Under the pieces are notes generated by a model that searched no databases, was not told where the DNA came from, and saw only the letters and a list, made by a program, of their open reading frames with translations. This document shows, in pieces, positions 47,471-56,673 of a stretch of 64,000 nt of DNA (the stretch's first letter is position 1; each line of letters starts with the position of its first letter). Origin of the DNA: a virus; IMG/VR virus record IMGVR_UViG_3300027793_000055, positions 1 to 64,000 of that record. The stretch is one strand, 5' to 3'. The position numbers and the translations under genes are program-made.

Positions 47471-48070
47471 TCAATCAATTATATCATTAATGAGTCTGAC
47501 TAGTTTATCGCTCTTTGTCATCTCAGCAGGCTTTTTTGCTTCGCTTAAGTTAAGGAAGGCACCTTTTGTAGACGGTTCAGATACTATATCAAAACAAATA
47601 AGTTGTAAATCATCTTCTACAATTGTTTTGCCTTGTGATTCTCTAACTGAACCAAGTGCTCTTGAAGAAATGCCAAGTGTTACACCATTGCTAATAAGTG
47701 CTTTTAAAATATTACCAGCTGGTGTATCTAATATTTTTAATTTACCCATAACATCTTTTCCATTCCACCAAACATCTGTTACAATGTGTGAAACGTTTTT
47801 AAGATTAATTACTGAATCATCAGGATGATCCAACTCACCAACAGCACGATTTTGAGCAATTATATTTTTATAGTTTTCTATTTCTCTCTCAAGTGTCTTT
47901 TGTGGATAAACGCGACCATTACCATTTTGTGCATCTGCTCTTTGCATAACACCTGTTAAGAAAAAAGCCTTTTGTTCACGAACAAGTGTTTTTTCACTTT
48001 CGGTTAATAAGTCTTCACATTTACCACCATCACAAAGTTGGTAGAATTCTCTTAAAACATATTTACTCAT
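47471..48070 (-). CDS. Prohead maturation protease (gp21-like)
   Basis: NGNGRVYP, GELDHP, VSH, LGISSRALGSV, FDIVSEPS. Confidence 0.93.
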   Translation of the reverse strand: MSKYVLREFYQLCDGGKCEDLLTESEKTLVREQKAFFLTGVMQRADAQNGNGRVYPQKTLEREIENYKNIIAQNRAVGELDHPDDSVINLKNVSHIVTDVWWNGKDVMGKLKILDTPAGNILKALISNGVTLGISSRALGSVRESQGKTIVEDDLQLICFDIVSEPSTKGAFLNLSEAKKPAEMTKSDKLVRLINDIID

Positions 48071-49278
48071 TTGGTTTTACCTGTTAGGAGGTTAAATATT
48101 TCTTCAACAATTGCTTCTTGAAGAGACTCGCCCAATCTTCCACCAGATTTCTGCATACCTCTCTGTAATGAAGATGTTATTTGTTTTTTAGTTTTACTTG
48201 TAGGTCGTTTTGCTATTGGTTTTTTAGTCTTGGTTGGAGGTAGGGCACCCAAAAGTCTTAAAAGTTCATCTTTTTCTTTTGCATTAAGAACACCGCCAGA
48301 ATCAAATTTTTTCTTAAGTACGCCCAATTTATCAGCATTGGTTTTTGCAATTTGTTGTCCTGTTTGTGGTTCTTCATCTACCGGTGCAAGAAATTTTATT
48401 TTAGCATTCTTGGTAGCTACTTCCGTACCAGAAACTACATCTGGTACTTCTGCTGGTTGTGCTGCTGCTGGTTGTGCTGGTTCTGCTAAACCATAATGTT
48501 GTTTTAATGATTGTGCGGCACGAGCACTTAATTGTTCTCCAGTTCTAGGATCTAAGCCTTGTGATATAGCCGCACTAACTTTCTGAGAATTTTGTGGATC
48601 TTTTAGCATATCATTTATTTTTGTAATTCTACGAGCGTCTTCTTGACCTTGAAAATCGCCTGCTTGCGGTTGTGGTGGTGGTTTTGCTGTTAAACTTGCT
48701 GCTGCGGGTTGTGCTGGCGCAGCATCTTGTTCTGGAGTTGAAGCCGGTTCTTCACTTTCTATATCACTATCTGATACTTCGGTATCACCAGTTTGTGTTT
48801 GCTGTACATCTGATTTTTCAACTGGCTTACTACCTTTTGGTATTAAGCCTAGGCTAGTCATCATTTTATTGGCTTTCTCGTTTTTTTTCATAGAATCAAT
48901 AAAATCAGTTAACATTTGTGGTGTAACTTTTTTATTTTTAATCATTTTTATGAAATCTGCACCAAGAGCTTCTTTTAAATTATCTTCTTCATCTGAACCA
49001 AATACTTGTTTACCAAATTCTGTTGCAAGTATTGCTTTTGTAATTCCTGGATCTCTTTGAGCCATTTGTAAGAAATCGCCCACTTTTCGAAGAGTTTTAT
49101 CATCAAGCTGTGGTGGGGGAGCTACTTTTTCACCAGCTTGAGTCATTTTCTTACCGGTAGTAGTCAACACAGAAGAAGCTTTACTTCTTAGCCAATCGCT
49201 TACTCCTTCATTTTTGAGATCTTGCTCAAGCATTTCTTTAATAACTAATTTTTTTAATTCTTCTCTAGAGATTGCCAT
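48067..49278 (-). CDS. Hypothetical virion (internal head) protein
   Basis: 403 aa, Pro/Ala/Gln low-complexity linker; late motif upstream. Confidence 0.6.
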   Translation of the reverse strand: MAISREELKKLVIKEMLEQDLKNEGVSDWLRSKASSVLTTTGKKMTQAGEKVAPPPQLDDKTLRKVGDFLQMAQRDPGITKAILATEFGKQVFGSDEEDNLKEALGADFIKMIKNKKVTPQMLTDFIDSMKKNEKANKMMTSLGLIPKGSKPVEKSDVQQTQTGDTEVSDSDIESEEPASTPEQDAAPAQPAAASLTAKPPPQPQAGDFQGQEDARRITKINDMLKDPQNSQKVSAAISQGLDPRTGEQLSARAAQSLKQHYGLAEPAQPAAAQPAEVPDVVSGTEVATKNAKIKFLAPVDEEPQTGQQIAKTNADKLGVLKKKFDSGGVLNAKEKDELLRLLGALPPTKTKKPIAKRPTSKTKKQITSSLQRGMQKSGGRLGESLQEAIVEEIFNLLTGKTK

Positions 49279-49370
49279 AATATAGCTCCATAATCAACTA
49301 TTCAAAAAATAAATAGTTGAATTTTTATCAAATACATTAAGTTTTGTAGATTTTACGCCTCGCGACGGTT

Positions 49371-49393
49371 AAAAAAGCAGCGGCAAGCTGCTT
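49371..49393 (-). terminator. Intrinsic terminator
   Basis: aagcagc-ttgcc-gctgctt + TTTT on the minus strand. Confidence 0.75.
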
Positions 49394-49396
49394 CAG

Positions 49397-49462
49397 TTAG
49401 CTGCCTTTGCAGCATCTACGGCAAACAGGCAGAAACCATTTTCTTGTGACTATTGGATTCAT
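49397..49462 (-). CDS. Unannotated 21-aa Cys-rich peptide (MNPIVTRKWFLPVCRRCCKGS)
   Basis: AAGGAG RBS, ATG..TAA, terminator immediately downstream. Confidence 0.65.
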   Translation of the reverse strand: MNPIVTRKWFLPVCRRCCKGS

Positions 49463-49464
49463 AA

Positions 49465-49761
49465 CTACTCCTTGTTAAATTTAATCCCTTCATCAGAGAC
49501 TATTTTATCTAATAAATAGGACGTACCAGAACTTAAACAGGCCAATAAAAAGCCTGTTAATGGTAAATTATCAAAATGATATAATTTTGTTAATGGATTA
49601 ACCAACCATAGCAATAATCCAACCCAAAATCCCGTGCACATTGAACAGGATAATAACTCACCAAAAAATCCGGTCTTTGGTCTTATCCTATCAAATATTT
49701 TTCCATAACATAATATTTGTGTAAGACCGTATGCAACCAATATAAAAATTATTAAATTCAT
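49465..49761 (-). CDS. Membrane protein with CxxC (DUF1360-like)
   Basis: Three hydrophobic segments; GELLSCSMCTGFWVG. Confidence 0.65.
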   Translation of the reverse strand: MNLIIFILVAYGLTQILCYGKIFDRIRPKTGFFGELLSCSMCTGFWVGLLLWLVNPLTKLYHFDNLPLTGFLLACLSSGTSYLLDKIVSDEGIKFNKE

Positions 49762-49940
49762 CGTCGACGAGCTTTTGGTTTTTCTGAAATTCGATTTGCG
49801 TGTGATTTACCTGAGCCTTGTGAATCCTGTGATTCACCACCACGTTTTGATTTAATAGCTCTACGTTGTTTTCTATTAAGTTTCTGTTCTTCCGGTTTAC
49901 TTTCTTCTTGAACAGTTTCTTCTTTTTGGTCTTCTTGCAT
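49758..49940 (-). CDS. Hypothetical low-complexity protein (NRKQRRA motif)
   Basis: Coupled to both neighbours. Confidence 0.5.
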   Translation of the reverse strand: MQEDQKEETVQEESKPEEQKLNRKQRRAIKSKRGGESQDSQGSGKSHANRISEKPKARRR

Positions 49941-49943
49941 ATA

Positions 49944-50537
49944 TCACCACCAACCACCTAGATAACGGCGGCTTTGATATTTAGGAATTGAACCTTTTTC
50001 ACTCTCTTGAGGAACTTCTCCCAATTCTGTCGTTTCTTCATCAGTTGGTTCTGATAATCTATCATCAAATTCTTCTTCATACTTTTTATCAAATTCTAAA
50101 GCAGGTCTTTGACTATCGATCCAAGAAGCTATATTTAATAATACTAATTCATTTAATGGTATTGCTGTGTCTTTTGGTTTTAATATATTAGCTTCCATAG
50201 AACCAAATATATTTCCACCTTTTACAGTTTCTAGGGCTATAATACCTTTACGAGCCATATGATCAAAAAATCTATCCTGAGTATGGTAAACTAGTTCACT
50301 AAAGGCAATTTTATTATTTTCAGAGTATGGAATTGTTAGAATTTTCATTTTCTCTGGCATTAATATGATATCAATATAGTGGTGATCATATATGTAAAAA
50401 TTGCCATCTAGAGTTTTTCTTATGTTTAGCTTAGCACCTAATTTACCGTTAGGTTTTTGATCAACTTTTTGTTCTTGTGAAGTTTGTGCTTGATTATTTT
50501 CTTGCTCTTCTTCTCCAACTTTAACAGTAATTGCCAT
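49944..50537 (-). CDS. Hypothetical head-associated protein
   Basis: 197-aa ORF in the head operon. Confidence 0.65.
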   Translation of the reverse strand: MAITVKVGEEEQENNQAQTSQEQKVDQKPNGKLGAKLNIRKTLDGNFYIYDHHYIDIILMPEKMKILTIPYSENNKIAFSELVYHTQDRFFDHMARKGIIALETVKGGNIFGSMEANILKPKDTAIPLNELVLLNIASWIDSQRPALEFDKKYEEEFDDRLSEPTDEETTELGEVPQESEKGSIPKYQSRRYLGGWW

Positions 50538-51376
50538 TATTTAGTTGCCTCATTTACAAATTGTTGTATTTTAAGTACTTCTGTCAACATCTGGTGATCA
50601 ACCGGTTTCTTTTTAAAAGTCTCTATTTTTTCTAATAATTTATTAGTTTTGTCAGTAAGAAAATTATTATTTTTAAATTCTTCTGTTACTAATAGATTTT
50701 CAATATTATTCCTTAAACGACCAATTTCTTCATTTAAATAAACCTTTAAACTAACTCCATCATCAGTACCAGACATAACATAAAATGAAAGAAGTTCTTT
50801 CTGTTCCTTGATTAATGTTTCACCATATTTCTCATTAAATTTTTTTGCAAAAGAGGTGAAAACAATATTATCAACAGACTGCATATTTTTTGAATCAGCG
50901 ACCTCTTTATTTTTAGATATTAAAGAAGTTAACAAAGTCTGTTCAAGTAAAATTCTTTCTTTAACAGGTGCTCTCTTATTGAAAATTTGATAAATTGTTG
51001 CTAAATTTTTATAATCTGGTAAAAAATTATTAAAAACATTTGGTGTAACTGATTTATTTATTTTAGCTATTAATTTAGATTGTTCGCTGTAAATCTCTTC
51101 TTCATCTAGCTGAGAATATAGACGTACAGCCTCCTGAATTAACCTTTCGGCCAATTTAGGCTCCAAGTCAGAACTTTCATTTAATATAGAATAAAGTTGA
51201 AGTTCTTTTTGTAACGGTTTATCGGATGCAAAAAACTCTTTACAAATAGATACAATTGTATTTTTTGTTTTATTATCTTTGTTGACAACTGCTCTAGTTA
51301 ATTCTTTTACTAAACTTTCATATAAAAAAGCTGTATTACGCTTTTTATTGTGCTTTAGTTTGCTTTTTTCTTGCAT
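50537..51376 (-). CDS. Conserved hypothetical protein downstream of portal
   Basis: KHNKKRNTAFLYE N-terminus; helical. Confidence 0.7.
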   Translation of the reverse strand: MQEKSKLKHNKKRNTAFLYESLVKELTRAVVNKDNKTKNTIVSICKEFFASDKPLQKELQLYSILNESSDLEPKLAERLIQEAVRLYSQLDEEEIYSEQSKLIAKINKSVTPNVFNNFLPDYKNLATIYQIFNKRAPVKERILLEQTLLTSLISKNKEVADSKNMQSVDNIVFTSFAKKFNEKYGETLIKEQKELLSFYVMSGTDDGVSLKVYLNEEIGRLRNNIENLLVTEEFKNNNFLTDKTNKLLEKIETFKKKPVDHQMLTEVLKIQQFVNEATK

Positions 51377-53387
51377 CTTTTCTCTCCAATTCTGTAATTA
51401 GATCTTTTATTTTCTTATTATTTTCTAATATTAGTTTTTCTTCTTGTTTATCATAATTAGAATCATTTTTAATACCTTCCTCGAAAGGTACTTTGGTTAA
51501 ACTTTTCATATCTGAATAACCTTTAAATACATTGCGTACAGTATTTGAAGCTAGATTGGTATTGCCCAAAGAATGCATTCTTTGCTGACGACCAGTTCTT
51601 TTATCATATGGCTCTGGTTCATACCATTTTCCTTTTGATTTGTTGGTAGTTGTAGAACCATCATTTGCTTCAAATTTAAGAACCTTGACCGGCTCATCTT
51701 CACGTCTTGCTGGTGGGGTTACTAATAGTGGACCAGGTTCTTCGCCTGTTTCACCTGTTTCTGCAGATTCAGGAGAGGATTCTTCTGGTGTTGCAGTTTC
51801 CTCTGGTTCAGCGGTTGGCTCCTCGGTTGGTGTCTCTGCACCTTCTTCTGGTGCAAATTGACTTAAATCAGAACCACCAGATCCAGCACCAGATTCATCA
51901 ACAACTGCTTCCGCTTCCTTATCTAACATAGTTGATACTTTTCGATCATAGAACAGTTCACGTTGATTACGTAGGAAGTCTTCTTCACTCATACCAAATA
52001 GATTCTTGGCAATCCATCGTTTACTAAAGAAATTTTCAGTTGCAGAACCAGCAACATCAAATTTGGTTTTCCAGTGTTCTAATTCTTGCAATTCAGCAAT
52101 CTTTGATGGATTATTAAGTGATATTTTGTGACCCAATAGGTCATCGCCACGATATCCAAGTACATAAAGATGTACAACGCCAATCTTTTCTAGTTCTGTG
52201 ACAACTGAACGTTGTAGTCTTTGTATTGTTCTTGCAAATCTTACATCTTTTTGTGAAAGTGTTGTTTTATCTTCTTCTCCACCTTCACCACGTGCGAGAT
52301 ATGACTGTGGTACTTTAATTGCTGAAAACAGTTTATCTCGTAGATATTTAACGTCTTCAATGTCACCGGTATAAGTACCACCGGGAAGGCTTTCTATTTT
52401 TGTATTTGATGTAGCACCACGAACTGGTAAGAAGTAATCTTCTTCAATACTCATAGGATTATAACGTAAATCAACACGACCGGTTTTATCATCAATAACC
52501 TGATTGCGTTTCATAGTTGAAACAATTTTTTGCATATATTGTTCAACATCGTTTGGATCTATATTTCCTACATCTACATAAAAAACACGTCTTTCTGGAG
52601 AGCGTACAATTCGATAAGCCATCATCGCATCTTCCAGAAGAGTTAATTGTCGCCATATACGCCGCGCCGGCTCTAAAACACTTGTTCCATATGGCGCATA
52701 ACGGTCATTACCAAGAATACGGAAATGTCCCATTTGCCAATTTTCAAAAGTCATACCAGCTGAATTCCATTGGTATTGAACATAATTTGGATTTGTTGGA
52801 TCTTGACCTTCCAATCTTTCAACTTCATGAGGCGGAAGACCAATTACATTTTTAATACCAATTTCTTCATCTATATCAAGATATAAGAAGAAGTCGCCGT
52901 ATTTAACCATATTACGACACCAGCCAAATAGGTTAAATTCAACATTTAAAATATTATGATATAGATTAATTAAAATGTTTTTAATTTCTTCATTATCGCA
53001 GTCAACAATCAACATTTTCTGCAGCTTGCTCCAAGTGGTCATTTCATCTGCATATATGTCTAATGCCGAAGCTAATTCTGGGGTAAATTCCATTTGATCA
53101 AATTCTGCATATCTTTCACCACGATTATGATTTTTCATCATATTTGTGTGAATGAATTCAAATGGATTATAATCTGTTTTTTGAAAAGCTTTACCAGAAG
53201 CCGATTTAAAGTCGTATTTATCTAAGTCTTTTCGTTTTTCTTGACGATAAAACTGTGCACGTTTATTAACTATAGGACCAGAAAGAAGTCTGGTTAATCT
53301 CTTAAATAATTGAGATTCTGGATTTCTATTGTTATTTGTTTTAACGGTACCACCGGTATAGTTATATTTATTCGAATTATTCGGCAT
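51345..53387 (-). CDS. Portal protein (gp20-like) with acidic C-terminal extension
   Basis: ALDIYADE, LEDAMMAYRI.R.PERRVFY.DVGN, EDYFLPVRG..I..LPG, ALKVP. Confidence 0.93.
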   Translation of the reverse strand: MPNNSNKYNYTGGTVKTNNNRNPESQLFKRLTRLLSGPIVNKRAQFYRQEKRKDLDKYDFKSASGKAFQKTDYNPFEFIHTNMMKNHNRGERYAEFDQMEFTPELASALDIYADEMTTWSKLQKMLIVDCDNEEIKNILINLYHNILNVEFNLFGWCRNMVKYGDFFLYLDIDEEIGIKNVIGLPPHEVERLEGQDPTNPNYVQYQWNSAGMTFENWQMGHFRILGNDRYAPYGTSVLEPARRIWRQLTLLEDAMMAYRIVRSPERRVFYVDVGNIDPNDVEQYMQKIVSTMKRNQVIDDKTGRVDLRYNPMSIEEDYFLPVRGATSNTKIESLPGGTYTGDIEDVKYLRDKLFSAIKVPQSYLARGEGGEEDKTTLSQKDVRFARTIQRLQRSVVTELEKIGVVHLYVLGYRGDDLLGHKISLNNPSKIAELQELEHWKTKFDVAGSATENFFSKRWIAKNLFGMSEEDFLRNQRELFYDRKVSTMLDKEAEAVVDESGAGSGGSDLSQFAPEEGAETPTEEPTAEPEETATPEESSPESAETGETGEEPGPLLVTPPARREDEPVKVLKFEANDGSTTTNKSKGKWYEPEPYDKRTGRQQRMHSLGNTNLASNTVRNVFKGYSDMKSLTKVPFEEGIKNDSNYDKQEEKLILENNKKIKDLITELERKDARKKQTKAQ

Positions 53388-53390
53388 TGT

Positions 53391-54983
53391 TTATCCCTTT
53401 ATTAACCAAAGTAGATCTCGGTATTTTTGTTTTAAGTCCTCGGAATAAGGATCAAAAGCTTGATTCTGTTTATATCCTGCTTGTCCTTGTACCAAGGTGG
53501 TCATTTTTGAATTAGCTTTCATAATAGAGCCTAAAATGGCTTTTGTATAGGCTGATTCGCGTTTATTTGCTGTTAAAGCAGTATCACTAATCCAACAAGC
53601 AATAGCCATTGACATTACAAGATCGTCGTGATAACCACGCATAGCTTCTGGTCTTCCATTGTTCCAAACAAACGTTTCAAATTCTTGATATAGTCGACCA
53701 GACTTAATTTTAATAACTTTATTTCTAACAAACTCTTCCATTTTTGCAATAATTAATGGACGAGTTTTGGAACTGGTCGTGAAACCAGGAACTGTATTAT
53801 TTTGAAATTCTGCTGTATTTTGTTCAACATACTCATGGGTTGACTTAACAGAAAAATATAAATTTGGGTATTCCATCTCTATAAGTTTTTCTAATACGTT
53901 ATAACCAACGTTATTGTTTTCTACAACTAATAAACAATTGTTATATTCTCTGCCAACAGAATTAAGCATCGAGGCAAACATTTCAAGTACAGGTTTTCCT
54001 TGATATTCTGCTACCTGTTCCATAGTATCTAAACGTATAACGTGAAATACTGAATTATCACCACCATCACCACGTGCAACGTCTGCAATCATTGTATAAG
54101 AAACTCCATTTTGTGGCTGTTCCCATATCCAATAATTTCTATCGAAGCCTGTTTTATATACTGGCTCTATAATTTCGTCCTTAAGCTCAACCATATTATC
54201 TGGATGGATAACTGTATCGCCAGATGCATTAAAAGCACATTCGAATTCTTGAGCAATCTCTCGACGAGACATACTCTTTGTCTGCTCTTGAAACCACTGT
54301 GGTGTATAATCAGGATGTACATTCCAAGGTAATTTTATTGGATAAAAATTATTAATTCCATTCTCTGCATCAGTGTATGTTTTATAAAACCAGTTACCAA
54401 CACCATTTGGTGTACTCAAAGCAATACAGCGACCACCGGTTGAAATTGTTGGAAAAATACCAGTCCACAATTCTTCCATATTTTCAACGTGTGCAGCCTC
54501 GTCTATAATCAATAATGAAAGAGCTTCAGAACGACCGGCATCACTTTTTGATGTTGTTGATGCTTTAATATTTGAGCCATTAGAAAGTTCAAAAGAAGTT
54601 TGGTTATCTACTGTTATTTGAGCTATACGTAACCAGTCTGGTATACTTTTCATCATCTTCTTGACTTTTGAAGCTAAGTTAGCAGCTGTTTTAAATTTAG
54701 TTGCCAGTACAAGCACCGTCTTTTCACGACGGAATAACATTAGCCAAGTAGCATAGCCAGCTACAATTGTTGAAATACCAAGCTGTCTGGCTTTTAAAAT
54801 AACACTAAAACGATGATCATTGAAATCATTTAATAATTCATCTTGATAATCAAAGGTACTAAATGGTATTTGACCTTTTAATGCATGTGTAATTTTTACG
54901 TAATTCTTAAGGAAATAAATTGGATCATTTCCACATTTACGTATTTCTTCTTTGACGGCTTCTTTTGTTAATTTATATGCCAT
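53391..54983 (-). CDS. terL: Terminase large subunit (gp17-like)
   Basis: Walker A LKARQLGIST, Walker B LLIIDEAAH, STPNG, AQEFEC, DVARG, HDDLVM. Confidence 0.95.
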   Translation of the reverse strand: MAYKLTKEAVKEEIRKCGNDPIYFLKNYVKITHALKGQIPFSTFDYQDELLNDFNDHRFSVILKARQLGISTIVAGYATWLMLFRREKTVLVLATKFKTAANLASKVKKMMKSIPDWLRIAQITVDNQTSFELSNGSNIKASTTSKSDAGRSEALSLLIIDEAAHVENMEELWTGIFPTISTGGRCIALSTPNGVGNWFYKTYTDAENGINNFYPIKLPWNVHPDYTPQWFQEQTKSMSRREIAQEFECAFNASGDTVIHPDNMVELKDEIIEPVYKTGFDRNYWIWEQPQNGVSYTMIADVARGDGGDNSVFHVIRLDTMEQVAEYQGKPVLEMFASMLNSVGREYNNCLLVVENNNVGYNVLEKLIEMEYPNLYFSVKSTHEYVEQNTAEFQNNTVPGFTTSSKTRPLIIAKMEEFVRNKVIKIKSGRLYQEFETFVWNNGRPEAMRGYHDDLVMSMAIACWISDTALTANKRESAYTKAILGSIMKANSKMTTLVQGQAGYKQNQAFDPYSEDLKQKYRDLLWLIKG

Positions 54984-54987
54984 AAAA

Positions 54988-55020
54988 TAAAAAACCCAAC
55001 TATTTTAAATAGTTGGGTTT
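54988..55020 (-). terminator. Terminator hairpin containing an ACTATTTA motif upstream of terL
   Basis: aaacccaactatt-N3-aatagttgggttt + T tract. Confidence 0.75.
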
Positions 55021-55040
55021 CTAGCTTAATTTAAGGGGTT

Positions 55041-55514
55041 TTATTTGATACCCTCTTTTTTCTTAATATCCATCACACAACGTTCGTATTTCGCTTCATC
55101 TTCTCTGCCAACTTGTGCAGTACATACTGCCCAAGGATTTACTTTTTTTTCTTGTAAAACGGCATCTAATTCTTCTGATACAATAGATTCTATTTCGTCT
55201 AAACCAACTTCTTCTTGTTCCGGTGTCATTTGATCACTTTGTTCGGCCATTTGGCCTTCTAGGAAATGTTTTACATCACCCATCATAGCAGCGCATTTTG
55301 TAATCTTTGATTGAACCCAAGCTGGTAATTGATCATCATTTTGCAGCATATTTCCTAATTCTACAGCATAATTACCAATTTTAAAAAGTTCACCTCTTGC
55401 CATTCCGCCTTCTTCGTCTGGCTCACCAAACATATCTGGTGCGGATTCTTCTTTACGAAGAGCTTCCATCTCTTCTTTAATAATTTCTTTTAAACGTTGC
55501 TGAGTGATTTTCAT
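55041..55514 (-). CDS. Hypothetical protein (MKIT..RLKEIIKEE N-terminus)
   Basis: 157-aa ORF coupled to the upstream gene. Confidence 0.7.
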   Translation of the reverse strand: MKITQQRLKEIIKEEMEALRKEESAPDMFGEPDEEGGMARGELFKIGNYAVELGNMLQNDDQLPAWVQSKITKCAAMMGDVKHFLEGQMAEQSDQMTPEQEEVGLDEIESIVSEELDAVLQEKKVNPWAVCTAQVGREDEAKYERCVMDIKKKEGIK

Positions 55515-56089
55515 TTCTCATTTTCTCCGGACTTTTTTCTAGTATCGTTTTGTGGCTTTTTGGTACCAGGAAAACTATCTTTACCGGTGGCCATCATTTT
55601 ATCTACTTGTTTGTCTAGATCTTTTAATAAAGGTTCTTCTGTTTTTACTTCCTCGCCACCTGTGATTTCATAATTGCACATACCTTTTAGGTTTGTACGA
55701 ACCATTGAAACAGCTTCAACTTCATACTGGATTTTACCCTTCATTTTTAAAGTAAGAGTAGAACCGGTTATATTCTTAAATTCTTTCTTTAAGAAGGCGA
55801 CTATTTCCTGAATACGATCTTCGATTTCTTCTTCTAGTTTGTTTTCCAAAGCAGCTAATTTATGTCGAGCCATCATTTGTAGATGATAGGTGACACATAA
55901 TTCCTTTGGACTACGAACCTTAACAGTAAAACCGTCAATTGTACGCATGGTACGAGGATCAAGTAGTTCATTGTCCCGATCTAGACCGGTTTTTAATGGT
56001 TTACCATCTTTATCCTTGGCACCATCATAAGCATTAGCAGCTGCCTGCTTAATACCTTTAACTAATTCTTCAACAGATATAGCTGCCAT
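55511..56089 (-). CDS. Hypothetical protein
   Basis: 192-aa ORF with AGGAG RBS. Confidence 0.7.
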   Translation of the reverse strand: MAAISVEELVKGIKQAAANAYDGAKDKDGKPLKTGLDRDNELLDPRTMRTIDGFTVKVRSPKELCVTYHLQMMARHKLAALENKLEEEIEDRIQEIVAFLKKEFKNITGSTLTLKMKGKIQYEVEAVSMVRTNLKGMCNYEITGGEEVKTEEPLLKDLDKQVDKMMATGKDSFPGTKKPQNDTRKKSGENEK

Positions 56090-56096
56090 TTAAAGT

Positions 56097-56309
56097 TCAC
56101 TCCTGTTCAGCGTTTCTAGCTTCTTTAGTTTCTGAAACTAGTTTTCTGATATCCTTTAATTGTTTAATAGCATCTTGAGCTTTTTTACGTATACGAACAC
56201 CGGCAGAAGCATTGCCATTATCAAATTTCTCTGCATCACGCATCGACAATTGTAGATCATCGATTAGTTTTTGTAATGCTTCACTTAGTTTTTGTAGGTC
56301 GCCAACCAT
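56097..56309 (-). CDS. Histone H1-like (Hc1 family) small basic protein
   Basis: DAEKFDNGNASAGVRIRK..Q..LK.IRK; start reassigned to MVGDL after AGAGGTG. Confidence 0.6.
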   Translation of the reverse strand: MVGDLQKLSEALQKLIDDLQLSMRDAEKFDNGNASAGVRIRKKAQDAIKQLKDIRKLVSETKEARNAEQE

Positions 56310-56673
56310 TTTTCCACCTCTCTTCCCTATCTTCAACATACTGTATGTAGCATTCCTTACAGCAGTCAAATTTTAAAATATATAGCTCATCTTCTGCTTT
56401 AAGTATGTACTTATCGCAGCAAGAGCATTTTTTATCACTCTTCTTGTTAACTAGTTTTTTTGAAATTAAAAATCCATCTTTTTCTATTTTATCTTCATTT
56501 TCTTCAAGTTTAAATAGCTTTTGTGCATTTTCTTTTGCTTGTTCTTGATATTCTTTCTCTTTTTCTGGTGTCCAATCCTGTCTTGGATTCTTGATTGCTT
56601 CTTCGCCATACTGCTTTTTAATAGCTTGTTCTAGCTTACCAATATATTCTATACTTTTTTTAGGTTCCATCAC
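56281..56673 (-). CDS. Hypothetical protein with Cys cluster
   Basis: CSCC..CCKECY..EDREERW. Confidence 0.7.
   Translation of the reverse strand: MMEPKKSIEYIGKLEQAIKKQYGEEAIKNPRQDWTPEKEKEYQEQAKENAQKLFKLEENEDKIEKDGFLISKKLVNKKSDKKCSCCDKYILKAEDELYILKFDCCKECYIQYVEDREERWKNGWRPTKTK

Noticed and set aside
49320-49440. GC-rich intergenic stretch as a tRNA or ncRNA
   Set aside because: No cloverleaf or T-loop (GTTC) is present; it is explained by a 21-aa ORF and a terminator.
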